A stretch of 62,539 bases of DNA from Alphaproteobacteria bacterium (GTDB lineage Bacteria; Pseudomonadota; Alphaproteobacteria; Rs-D84), in assembly GCA_009782315.1 (NCBI GenBank), contig WRJH01000001.1, forward strand, positions 1-62,539, written 5' to 3'. The notes under the pieces are model-generated. The model had not been told where the DNA came from, made no database searches, and saw only the letters and a program-made list of their open reading frames with translations. Below are positions 53,094 to 61,330 of this stretch, piece after piece (position 1 is the stretch's first letter; each line of letters opens with the position of its first letter). The position numbers were made by a program, and so were the translations under genes.

Positions 53094-53746
53094 GAAAGCT
53101 TTTATTCTTTTTATCGTCTTTGACTATTATGGCGCTTTCCGTCGGGGCGTTGTATTTCAGCGGCCGCCTGTTCGACGCGTCCGCAAAGATAGACATAGAA
53201 CCGTATATATTCCAATCGGCGGAACATTCCAGCCGGCGTTTGGGCGGGCCGGTGTCTTTGTCCGCGATGGAGCGGTCGAATTCGACGTATGTCCAGGAAC
53301 GATTAATCGCGGCGTTCGTTCGCGAATATTTCGGGGTGATTCCGTACGACGGCGATCTGGACCGCCGCGCCGGACGGAACAGTCCGCTGGCCGCGATGAC
53401 GGTTGGGTCGCGGACGCCGGTGTTCGAAAATTGGAAGGCGAACGTAAAACCGGAATTGGCCGCCTTGGCGGAAAAAATGAAATTGCGCCGCGTGAATGTG
53501 CATCGGGGGATGCCGCAAAGACAGGGCGAATATTATGTTGTGCGATTTGATTTGATTACTTATAATCCGAATGATATGGCCGCCGCGCCCGAAATATTGC
53601 GGGACCGGGAAATACTGATTCGTCTGCGGTACGAGGCGGGCATGCGGACGGAATTGGGCGGACAACCTTTCGATTCGCGGCGCGCGCTTGAATCCGGCGT
53701 CCCTCCGATGATAGTGTTCAAGTTCGTGGTGGACGAGGTAAGATAG
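53090..53746 (+). CDS. VirB8-family paralog (divergent)
   Basis: 218 aa. ATGA overlap with the previous gene. N-terminal TM, IEPYIF, VQERLIAAFVREYFGV. Confidence 0.5.
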   Translation: MRKLLFFLSSLTIMALSVGALYFSGRLFDASAKIDIEPYIFQSAEHSSRRLGGPVSLSAMERSNSTYVQERLIAAFVREYFGVIPYDGDLDRRAGRNSPLAAMTVGSRTPVFENWKANVKPELAALAEKMKLRRVNVHRGMPQRQGEYYVVRFDLITYNPNDMAAAPEILRDREILIRLRYEAGMRTELGGQPFDSRRALESGVPPMIVFKFVVDEVR

Positions 53747-53767
53747 ATGGTTGCGCCTTTGGCGCAA

Positions 53768-53872
53768 CAGAGCATAGATAATAGAGCATAGATAAGTGTT
53801 TATATTAAAAAATAATTTTATAAAATCATTCGGGCGTTTATCTATGCTCTATGCTCTATGCTCTATGCTCTG
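53768..53872. repeat. inverted heptamer array (AGAGCAT family)
   Basis: CAGAGCATAGATAATAGAGCATAGATAAG ... TTATCTATGCTCTATGCTCTATGCTCTATGCTCTG. The right arm encodes LSMLYALCSML of the following ORF. Confidence 0.85.
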
Positions 53873-54689
53873 CGTTTGCGCAGCAAACGCAGATTTCGAA
53901 CCTTTTTTTGACGATGCGGTGTACGATGATTCAACCGGGTTCGGCGGTTTTGACAATTTCGATAATTTCGATGTTTTAGCGAATAATGTTATCGACGAAG
54001 TCATAACGGACGCAGGGGGCGTGGATTTGTCCGTTGCCAAACCGGTGTATTTGAACAAAGACTCCGTTTTCGCGGGCGTTATGCAGTTCGACATTGCGGG
54101 CGTAATGCTTGGCATGGATTTCGAAAGCGTTTATAACCAATTTTTCAGGGCGAAATCGCTTTACGCGCCCAGAAGTAAAAATTCCATAATATATTCAGTG
54201 TCGCGGGATTGGAAAAACAATCTGGATTACGAATGCCGCCTGCAAAAAATATTCGCGCCGTCGTCGCTTGCCAACTGCATAAATTCTTTGGCAAAGGCGC
54301 GCGGACTGCTGTACGCGTCCGAAATGCATCTGGTGCGCGAATCGACGGGTGAAACGATAGCCGTTTATTTTACGTCCAACATGACGGGCAACGCCGTATG
54401 GCGCGTGGAATACAACAACGACGTCGACGAGATAAAGGGCGACGATCCGAAATTCGCGGACCAGCGGGAAAAGAAAATCCTGGCGTTCTGGCAGGGCGTC
54501 CTGGACAAATACGGCGCGCCGAATTCCGATGGCGACAAATGGATTTCGTCAGACAATACTTTCGACCCGATGATGGTCGCATATTACGGCCGTCTGGAAT
54601 TGATAAACGCCGGATTGAACGCGTGGGACGCGGCCGAAAATATCCGGCATTCGCGCGAAAATTTCAAGGCGAAACCGTATTTCTTTTAA
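53796..54689 (+). CDS. secreted hypothetical protein (297 aa)
   Basis: GTG start inferred. Signal peptide (M)FILKNNFIKSFGRLSMLYALCSMLCVCAANA/D. Confidence 0.5.
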   Translation: MFILKNNFIKSFGRLSMLYALCSMLCVCAANADFEPFFDDAVYDDSTGFGGFDNFDNFDVLANNVIDEVITDAGGVDLSVAKPVYLNKDSVFAGVMQFDIAGVMLGMDFESVYNQFFRAKSLYAPRSKNSIIYSVSRDWKNNLDYECRLQKIFAPSSLANCINSLAKARGLLYASEMHLVRESTGETIAVYFTSNMTGNAVWRVEYNNDVDEIKGDDPKFADQREKKILAFWQGVLDKYGAPNSDGDKWISSDNTFDPMMVAYYGRLELINAGLNAWDAAENIRHSRENFKAKPYFF

Positions 54690-54691
54690 CC

Positions 54692-54819
54692 AGTTATCCG
54701 TAACCCGTTATCCGTTTTCCGTAATTCATACCGTTTATGTTCCGTGCCATAGGTTTGTTTGCGCACACAAGTTGAACATTAAAGAATTACGGACTACGGG
54801 TTACGGATAACGGTCTACG
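54692..54819. repeat. inverted heptamer array (CCGTNNN family)
   Basis: AGTTATCCGTAACCCGTTATCCGTTTTCCGTAATT ... AATTACGGACTACGGGTTACGGATAACGGTCTACG, followed by a separate perfect hairpin TTTTTCTTGC-GCAA-GCAAGAAAAA (54821-54846). Confidence 0.85.
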
Positions 54820-54877
54820 ATTTTTCTTGCGCAAGCAAGAAAAAGACTCTATACTTTTGTCAATATAACCAAGAGGA

Positions 54878-55903
54878 ATGGCCATGGCTTGGGAAGAAAT
54901 AATTTTTCCGAACAATATCAGAAATATAAGACTGGGCAAGGGCATGCGGATGACCGCGGTCGCGAAAAAGTCCGGCCTGTCGCTGTCCGCAATGTCAAAG
55001 GTGGAAAAAGGCGTGCGCCGCCTGAATCAAAAACAGCTGTTGACGCTGTGCGGAATTCTGGATTGCAAACTGTCCGATATGTTTATAAAGGCCAATGACG
55101 AGGTTGCGGATTCATGGCAATCGGAAATGCAGCGCCGTCTGGAAGACAATGAAACCGGCGGTCTTAAAATATTCGGCGCCGGCGTGCGCGTTCTGCGCAA
55201 AAAGGCCGGCAAGACAATCGCCCAGGCCGCGAAAGACGCGAAAATGACGCTGTCGGTGTATCATAAAATCGAAGTGGGCCAGCGCGAACTGTACGAAGAC
55301 GAAATCGCGGACCTGGCAAAGGCTTTGGGCAAAACGCCCGACAGCATGTACAAAGCCATCGCGGAACTTTTTGAAAAAGGCGAACTGGCGAAACAAATCA
55401 GCAAGGTCGGCGAAAAGGTGCGCAGCGTCCTGGTGCCCAGCTCTTCGTCCGCAGGAACAGACCTTTCGGGCGAAATTTACGGCGCGAATATTTACGATTC
55501 CGCGCGCAAGAAACTGGTGCCGGTTTTCGGCGTTCCGGGCGACAAGGATTTGGTGTTCAAAAAATCCGACGAACAGATGATAGTGTCGCCGATGAATTTG
55601 GAAAGCAACACCGGGATATACGCGGTCGTCCCGAACGCGAAACGCATCGGCAATATGTTTCCGGCGCGCTCGTACATGTTTGTCGATCCGGACGCGATCG
55701 CCCAGCCGGGCGATTTGGCCGTCGCGCTTTCCGAAGATTTCGACAAACTGGAACCGGGATTGAAAACGCACGCGCGCATAGTCATGGTCCGCGAAGACGC
55801 GCGCGGCAAACTGTACGGCCATATGGTGGAACCGGATGAAAAAATCACGGTGTCCAACACGGGCGGCCGCCTGCACAAAATCGTGCAGATTGTAATGGAA
55901 TAA
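54878..55903 (+). CDS. tandem XRE-family HTH protein with C-terminal LexA/CI-like (S24-fold) domain
   Basis: Two HTH_XRE-like segments (IRNIRLGKGMRMTAVAKKSGLSLSAMSKVEKG, VRVLRKKAGKTIAQAAKDAKMTLSVYHKIEVG). The C-terminal region resembles the S24 fold, but the GxSM motif reads IGNMFP. Confidence 0.5.
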   Translation: MAMAWEEIIFPNNIRNIRLGKGMRMTAVAKKSGLSLSAMSKVEKGVRRLNQKQLLTLCGILDCKLSDMFIKANDEVADSWQSEMQRRLEDNETGGLKIFGAGVRVLRKKAGKTIAQAAKDAKMTLSVYHKIEVGQRELYEDEIADLAKALGKTPDSMYKAIAELFEKGELAKQISKVGEKVRSVLVPSSSSAGTDLSGEIYGANIYDSARKKLVPVFGVPGDKDLVFKKSDEQMIVSPMNLESNTGIYAVVPNAKRIGNMFPARSYMFVDPDAIAQPGDLAVALSEDFDKLEPGLKTHARIVMVREDARGKLYGHMVEPDEKITVSNTGGRLHKIVQIVME

Positions 55904-55926
55904 TTGTTTACGGGAAAGAGAGAGCA

Positions 55927-56574
55927 ATGAAAGAAAAACCATCGGTAACGGCGCAAAGATTGATGAACCTGTACCGCCAGGCGCATGCCATTCATGGCGG
56001 GTGGCGCGCCGTAAACCCTGTGTTCATGCAAGAATCTGATTCCGCGGTTCTGGAAGAAATCAGAAAGCTGCCGACCGGCGAAAAACTTGCCGAACATATT
56101 TCAGAGCTGCAAAGCGGCCGCGGGGACCGCGCGTCGATTTCGCCGGAACTGATGCCGTACGGCGGCCTGATGGAAACTCATTTCGCCGAAGTGGCCAAAG
56201 ACGCGAAGTTTTCGAACGAAGACATGGATTCGTTGGAACGGGAACTGGTCGATTTCGAACCGACGGCGGAACATTTGCAAAGAATCGAATCGCTGCCCTA
56301 TGTGCGCCAGTTTGGCGACAGATGGCTGGCCGGCGTCCGCGCCGCGATTTCCGGGCGGCCGAATCTGGTCGCGCGTTGGAAAACGGTGTACGCCGCGTCG
56401 CGCGCGTTCGACCTGTGGACCCGCGCCGACAACATATTGTCGTGGCAGCCGACGGAAAAAACCAGGGCAGAGGTCCAGGCGGACCTTCCCGAATACGAAA
56501 CCTATCTTCCGATGTTCGGCGACGCGGGCCAGGAACTGCTTGTAAAACTGCGCGCATTCGTTAGCAGTATATAA
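55927..56574 (+). CDS. hypothetical protein (215 aa)
   Basis: ORF following the HTH gene, convergent with the terminase N-half (stops 3 nt apart). No family recognised. Confidence 0.4.
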   Translation: MKEKPSVTAQRLMNLYRQAHAIHGGWRAVNPVFMQESDSAVLEEIRKLPTGEKLAEHISELQSGRGDRASISPELMPYGGLMETHFAEVAKDAKFSNEDMDSLERELVDFEPTAEHLQRIESLPYVRQFGDRWLAGVRAAISGRPNLVARWKTVYAASRAFDLWTRADNILSWQPTEKTRAEVQADLPEYETYLPMFGDAGQELLVKLRAFVSSI

Positions 56575-56577
56575 AAT

Positions 56578-57174
56578 CTATACCCTGTAAATCGTATCGC
56601 GTGCGTGCGGCGTGCCGATGTAAATCATCGTACCGCGCGGCGACAGGATGAAATCCAGTTCGCGCAAACGTTCGCGCAGATTTTCCCGTTTTTGTTTTGT
56701 ATTGCTGGTGTTTGGCACTTCGACGTCGTCGCAGATTATCAAATCGCTGCGCAATCCCGTGACATTGCCGTGAATGCCCTGGCAGATTACGGATGGTTCG
56801 CGAATACCTATGGGTCGCTGGATTGTGATTTTGTGGCTGCCCCATTCTTTTTTGACGGCGGGCGGCATGTCCGAACACGCCGGGTGGTTTTCCAAGATAT
56901 GCTTTATATGTGAAACCATTCGCGACGCCAGTTTTGTTTCCGCAGACAGAATCAGAATCCGCGATTCGGGGCGCATCCGCAGAACCCATGCGGCGAAAAC
57001 CCCGACGACGGACGATTTCCCGGAATGCCGGAACGAAAGCAACAACGCCCGGCGTGGGTCCGTGCGCAAAGATTCAACCAAGAATTCCAGAATTTTTTTA
57101 TGATGCGCGGGCGTGGACAGTCCGATAATTTCGTTCCAATCATCCAAGAATTTCAAAGCGGAATTATACGACAT
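56578..57174 (-). pseudogene. terL: phage terminase large subunit, N-terminal (ATPase) half only
   Basis: Walker A-like FRHSGKSS, Walker B LIICDDVE and IYIGTPH coupling motif. The ORF stops right after the ATPase domain. The nuclease half is at 39789-40724. Confidence 0.7.
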
Positions 57175-57524
57175 TATCCGATAAGTTTTGAGAATTGCGA
57201 ATTGAACAATTTGACCAGGTTTGTTTTCTTCGGTTTTTTCAAATTCGACATTTTGTTCATGTTCGCGATTCGCTTTTCATCGAACGGCTGTTCGGTTTCT
57301 TCACGCATGCGTTTCAACACGGCCTCTTCGGTCATGCCTTTGCCGCCCATTCCGGCCGCGCCGTATTTTGCGCGCTGCGCGGCCAGCGCTTTTTTAACCA
57401 GATTGGTTTTTGTCGCCTCGTCGGCCGCGATTTGGTCCAGAATAATCCGGCGTTCTTTTTTCAGTTCTTTGCCGGCCTTTCTGTCGGAAAGCATGTTTTC
57501 TATTTCATTTGCTATTTGTCCCAT
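57174..57524 (-). CDS. small phage protein, candidate small terminase subunit
   Basis: 116 aa, basic and coiled-coil. AAGGAG SD. Its stop overlaps the terminase start as TAATG. The call is from position only. Confidence 0.35.
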   Translation of the reverse strand: MGQIANEIENMLSDRKAGKELKKERRIILDQIAADEATKTNLVKKALAAQRAKYGAAGMGGKGMTEEAVLKRMREETEQPFDEKRIANMNKMSNLKKPKKTNLVKLFNSQFSKLIG

Positions 57525-57538
57525 GGTTTACTCCTTTT

Positions 57539-57655
57539 AGTCGTAAATAGTAGAAAGTCTAAAGTCAAAAGTAGAAAGACTATTTTGATATTTATTGGAA
57601 TTATTCCAACAATCTCTAAACTTACTTTCTACTTTGTACTTGCGACTATCGACTA
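57539..57655. repeat. inverted heptamer array (AGTCNNN/AGTAGAA family)
   Basis: AGTCGTAAATAGTAGAAAGTCTAAAGTCAAAAGTAGAAAG ... CTTACTTTCTACTTTGTACTTGCGACTATCGACTA. Confidence 0.8.
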
Positions 57656-59395
57656 TATTGAATATCTTCCCTCTGCCGTGACGGAAAGTACCGTCACGGG
57701 TCCGGGTTCGTCCCCGCTGATTGTCCACAGCGGGTCTATGGCGTTTGTCGTCGTTCCGAAAAGATTCACAGCCGTGTCGCCGGAATAGACATCCGCGTCC
57801 GATGCGTCCGCCGCAAACGGCAGCGGCGCGCGCAGCTTTTTTCCGCCAACGGAAAAGAAAAGCGATTGGGTTCCCAATACTCGCGCGGACAGTTTTGCCA
57901 GCCGGACTTTTTTCGGGGCGTGCCCGGACACGAACGGCGGCATGCTGGCCGCGGTATGGGCAAATTCGAATTCTCCGGAATCCGTTTCGGCGTCTTTATC
58001 GAATCGTTCGACGAAAGTTCCGTTATCGCGCTGTACGACGACATAAACCTGTTCGTCCAGAACGGCGACGGATTTGAATTTGCCCGCGGTTCTATACGCC
58101 GCCCATGCGGAAATGGAGAGAGGCGCTATTTTGGTCAGCACGGCCATGCCGCCGTCCGCCTGCGGCACGAACAGGCGGTTCGCCGCGTCGTGATACGCCA
58201 TATCGACCGGCGCCGTCATCATATGCGACGACAGGGCGCACAAATCAACCGCGCTGTAAGTATTGTTCAAATCGTCCAATACCAATTCGCGGATTGCGCG
58301 TCCGCCGCGCGATACGAAAACGGTGCTGCCTTCGATTTTCTGGGGCTGCAGATATATGTCGCTTTTGCTGCCGACGTTCGTGTGTTGCTTTATGTCGATG
58401 TTCGCCGGCGTCAAAGGCTTTGCGGTGATCGCCCATTCTCCGGCGTTGGTCAGTATCTGCAGATTGTCCGCGCTGGCGACTGTGCAGATTTGCTGGCGCG
58501 TTCCGGAAAGCAGGGTAAGGAAAATCGCCTCGTCGTCCAATCCGGTTCCGGCGTTGAAATTCATATGGTCGCCGACTTTGGACATCCATATGCCGGCCGG
58601 CCAATCGCGCGAACCGCCGAACACCAGTCTGTCCTGGTGGAACGTTATGCTGGCCGGCCAGCCGCGGGCCCTGGAAAAAGCGGCTTCGCGCCAATCGGAT
58701 ATGGGCGCCGGCGGCAGCGAATATCCGCCGTTGGTGCCGGCGATTACGACCGTGGGGCTGACGTAATCCGTTACCAGCCATTGTTTGTCCATGAACAGCA
58801 AAAGCGTGCCGACGATACTTTCGTCCCATATTGCGGCGCTGGCGGTCAGCTGCGCGGCGTTGTTTCCATATTGGTTGTAATTCGCAACGGTCAGTTTTAC
58901 GCCGGCCGTATCGTCGAATTTTATAAACGGCATGTTGGAGGACGCGTTTTCATTGACTGTGAATACGAAATCGGACAAAGAAAAATTGCCTGCGGCGGAT
59001 TTGCGCAGAACTTTCGGACAATGGTTCGGGTGGACGAATATCATCGTGCCGAACCTTTGCGCGTATTGCACGCTTCGCAGTTCCGATGCGGACCAGGGGG
59101 TAACCACGGTTTGCAGGCGCGCGCCATCTTGATAAACTTCGATGCTTTTCGGCGACAGAACCAACAGATAGTTCTGGTCGTTGGACGTCGAAAACGGAAC
59201 CAGGATGGAATCCGGCGCGGAATCAAAAAGCCGGACGGTTCCCGTCCGCCGCGAAATTCCGCCCGACGGCAGGACGTCCATATTTTCCAAACGCGACAGT
59301 CCGCTGTTCGCGGCGGCCAAATCGCTGCGCGCGAAAAATTCCGCGGACACTTCGCCATGCGCGAAAGAATTCTGGGTTTTGATAAATTTTCCCAT
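57653..59395 (-). CDS. phage tail tubular protein B-like / stabilisation protein-like (580 aa)
   Basis: Follows the gp11-like gene as gp12 does in T7-type phages. N-terminus F..GE.S....R.D......GL..L.N......GG...R.G is a pattern I recall for this family. Confidence 0.45.
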   Translation of the reverse strand: MGKFIKTQNSFAHGEVSAEFFARSDLAAANSGLSRLENMDVLPSGGISRRTGTVRLFDSAPDSILVPFSTSNDQNYLLVLSPKSIEVYQDGARLQTVVTPWSASELRSVQYAQRFGTMIFVHPNHCPKVLRKSAAGNFSLSDFVFTVNENASSNMPFIKFDDTAGVKLTVANYNQYGNNAAQLTASAAIWDESIVGTLLLFMDKQWLVTDYVSPTVVIAGTNGGYSLPPAPISDWREAAFSRARGWPASITFHQDRLVFGGSRDWPAGIWMSKVGDHMNFNAGTGLDDEAIFLTLLSGTRQQICTVASADNLQILTNAGEWAITAKPLTPANIDIKQHTNVGSKSDIYLQPQKIEGSTVFVSRGGRAIRELVLDDLNNTYSAVDLCALSSHMMTAPVDMAYHDAANRLFVPQADGGMAVLTKIAPLSISAWAAYRTAGKFKSVAVLDEQVYVVVQRDNGTFVERFDKDAETDSGEFEFAHTAASMPPFVSGHAPKKVRLAKLSARVLGTQSLFFSVGGKKLRAPLPFAADASDADVYSGDTAVNLFGTTTNAIDPLWTISGDEPGPVTVLSVTAEGRYSI

Positions 59396-59410
59396 CTTTA
59401 ATACCTCTTA

Positions 59411-59938
59411 TTAATACCTTGCGCTGATTAGTGAAAAATTCTGCACGCCTGTTCCGGACGACATTGTGCTGTCGATAAACTTCGCCGCGCGCAGTTCCGA
59501 ATCGAACAAAGCGGCCAGCGTGTTGAAAGCGTTCTGATTGTCCGACAGCGGCATGCAGAATTCCATGGCCAGCCGCGTCGCAAGACAGGATGTGAAAAAC
59601 GCCGGATAGTTTTCCACGTCGGTCCGCACAATCGCGGTAATGGATATTTTGTCGGCCGAGGATTTTATTCTGTTTTGTTTTATTTCATACTTTTGCGCGC
59701 TGCACGATATGACGCGCAGTATTTCCGCCGGCACCAGAAAATCGCCGGATTCGGTTTTGGTTAAATCGAATGTTCGGGATGCGAATCGCCACGGGTGTCC
59801 GGCGATCAGCGCATCCGATACGGCCTCGAACAGGGTCCGCGCCAGCTGTGCGGCGGCGGTGTCCTCGTTAAAGGATTGGATTGGCTTTTCGCCTATTTTC
59901 AACAGCGCCATGGAACAGATATCGATTTTGGTAAGCAT
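59411..59938 (-). CDS. phage tail tubular protein A (T7 gp11-like) / adaptor
   Basis: ICSMALLKIGEKPIQSFNEDTAAAQLARTLFEAVSDALIAGHPWRFA parallels the T7 gp11 N-terminus ([46 protein letters not shown]). Confidence 0.55.
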   Translation of the reverse strand: MLTKIDICSMALLKIGEKPIQSFNEDTAAAQLARTLFEAVSDALIAGHPWRFASRTFDLTKTESGDFLVPAEILRVISCSAQKYEIKQNRIKSSADKISITAIVRTDVENYPAFFTSCLATRLAMEFCMPLSDNQNAFNTLAALFDSELRAAKFIDSTMSSGTGVQNFSLISARY

Positions 59939-59949
59939 GGTTTAATCCT

Positions 59950-60189
59950 TTATAATTTTGCGATTTCGACGGCCGGGCCGGTCTGTCCGATTTTTTTCAA
60001 AGCGGTCTGGTCGTCGGCGTTGATAATTATTATGTCGCCGATATTCATCAATGTTTTTACATTGTTGAAATAACCGGCCTTTGATATATCCGCCATTTTT
60101 TCACCCGCGCCGTAATGCCACAAAGTGAATCCGTTCGCGTATGCGATGACCGATAGATTTTTATTTGCGAAAGCCATTAAAAACTCCAT
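59950..60189 (-). CDS. hypothetical phage protein (79 aa)
   Basis: Small ORF between the capsid and gp11-like genes. Confidence 0.4.
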   Translation of the reverse strand: MEFLMAFANKNLSVIAYANGFTLWHYGAGEKMADISKAGYFNNVKTLMNIGDIIIINADDQTALKKIGQTGPAVEIAKL

Positions 60190-60193
60190 TTTT

Positions 60194-60250
60194 AGTCTAA
60201 AGTCGTAAGTCTAAAGTCTATAGACTATTGACTTACGACTATCGACTATT
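60194..60250. repeat. inverted heptamer array (AGTCNNN family)
   Basis: AGTCTAAAGTCGTAAGTCTAAAGTCTA / TAGACTATTGACTTACGACTATCGACTATT. The AGTC/GACT cores are conserved, but the 3-nt spacers are only partly complementary. Confidence 0.85.
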
Positions 60251-60253
60251 TAC

Positions 60254-61066
60254 TTATTCACCGCATGCGATGCGGACGATGCCGGTCTGGTCGACCAGCA
60301 CGGCGCCCTGGGACATGCTGTTGCTGATGAAATGCGCGGCGCGTTCGCCAACCCAACTGATGTCGGTCTTGACTTCCTGGCCGCACGCGTGACCGATGGC
60401 GGACGCGTGGTACATAAAGCACTGGCGCTGGTCGTTGTCGACGGGCAGGCCGTTGTGCAGTATCCAGTTGACGCCCAGCCATTTGCGGGTTTCGAATCCG
60501 CCGGTCATCGCCGGCGTGCCGACGTAATCGGCGCTGGTGAATTCTTCCATGGAAAGCAGTTCGTTCCATTGGTTCACGCCGACGACGCAGAATCTGCGGC
60601 CGTCGTCCGGAACGTCGTTTTCGTTCAGTATGCCGACGGCGGACAGGATAAGTTCCCTGGTCAGTCCGGTCGAATAATCGCCGACGGTCGTGCCGGCGTT
60701 CTTCATCGCGTCGATGACCAACTCGTCCGTCTTGCGGCCCAGCGCGTACGCGCCGGCGGACGCCACCACGCGGCGTTCGTCGTGGTTGATTTTCAATTCG
60801 TCCAACGCGTCGACCCAGTCGCCCGCATAGTAATCGACCAACAGGCATTCCACCGGTTCGTGGTCCAGGTTCATGACCGGAACCAATCCGTGGCGGGATT
60901 TTGTGCTGGCCGTTCCGCGCCCGACTTTTTGGAAAGTCGTGCTGGCGCCGACAACGGCGTTTTTGGAACGGATCGTCGCGCGCAGTTTCGTGCCGGTTTG
61001 CTGGTAAGCCAAATGCACGTCGGCTTCGAATTGTTTTACGAAGGCCATGTTTATTGAATCAGACAT
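60254..61066 (-). CDS. phage major capsid protein (270 aa)
   Basis: Lies between the scaffold and tail tubular genes. The pattern F....VHLAYQQ.G.KLR......VG....FQKVG.G.A..K.R......M...H..V...L.DY.A...VD..D..K...D.......A.ALGR..DE..I.A matches capsid proteins as I recall them. Confidence 0.55.
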   Translation of the reverse strand: MSDSINMAFVKQFEADVHLAYQQTGTKLRATIRSKNAVVGASTTFQKVGRGTASTKSRHGLVPVMNLDHEPVECLLVDYYAGDWVDALDELKINHDERRVVASAGAYALGRKTDELVIDAMKNAGTTVGDYSTGLTRELILSAVGILNENDVPDDGRRFCVVGVNQWNELLSMEEFTSADYVGTPAMTGGFETRKWLGVNWILHNGLPVDNDQRQCFMYHASAIGHACGQEVKTDISWVGERAAHFISNSMSQGAVLVDQTGIVRIACGE

Positions 61067-61200
61067 TTTTGTTTCCTTTGTGTTCTGAATGTTGAAAAAG
61101 CCGGCGCATGGCCGGCTGCATTGTTTCGGTTTTCGGTTATGCGCAAGTGCTGCGCGCCGCGAATCGAAACCGCGCGGGTCAAAGGATTATCCGCGCGAAA

Positions 61201-61272
61201 AGTCCAAAGTCACAAGTCGAGAGCCGCAAGTCGAAAAAAATTTCCATAGACTAACGACTTGTGACTCTCGAC
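61201..61272. repeat. inverted heptamer array (AGTCNNN family)
   Basis: AGTCCAAAGTCACAAGTCGAGAGCCGCAAGTCGA ... TAGACTAACGACTTGTGACTCTCGACT. Confidence 0.8.
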
Positions 61273-61284
61273 TGATTTCTTTTA

Positions 61285-61316
61285 ACAAAAAACCCGCCAA
61301 TCGGCGGGTTTTTTGT
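61285..61316. terminator. bidirectional intrinsic terminator
   Basis: AAAAAACCCGCC-AATC-GGCGGGTTTTTT, flanked by A-run and T-run. Lies 15 nt downstream of the Lys/Ala/Pro-rich gene. Confidence 0.75.
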
Positions 61317-61330
61317 TAAAAGAAATTAAT

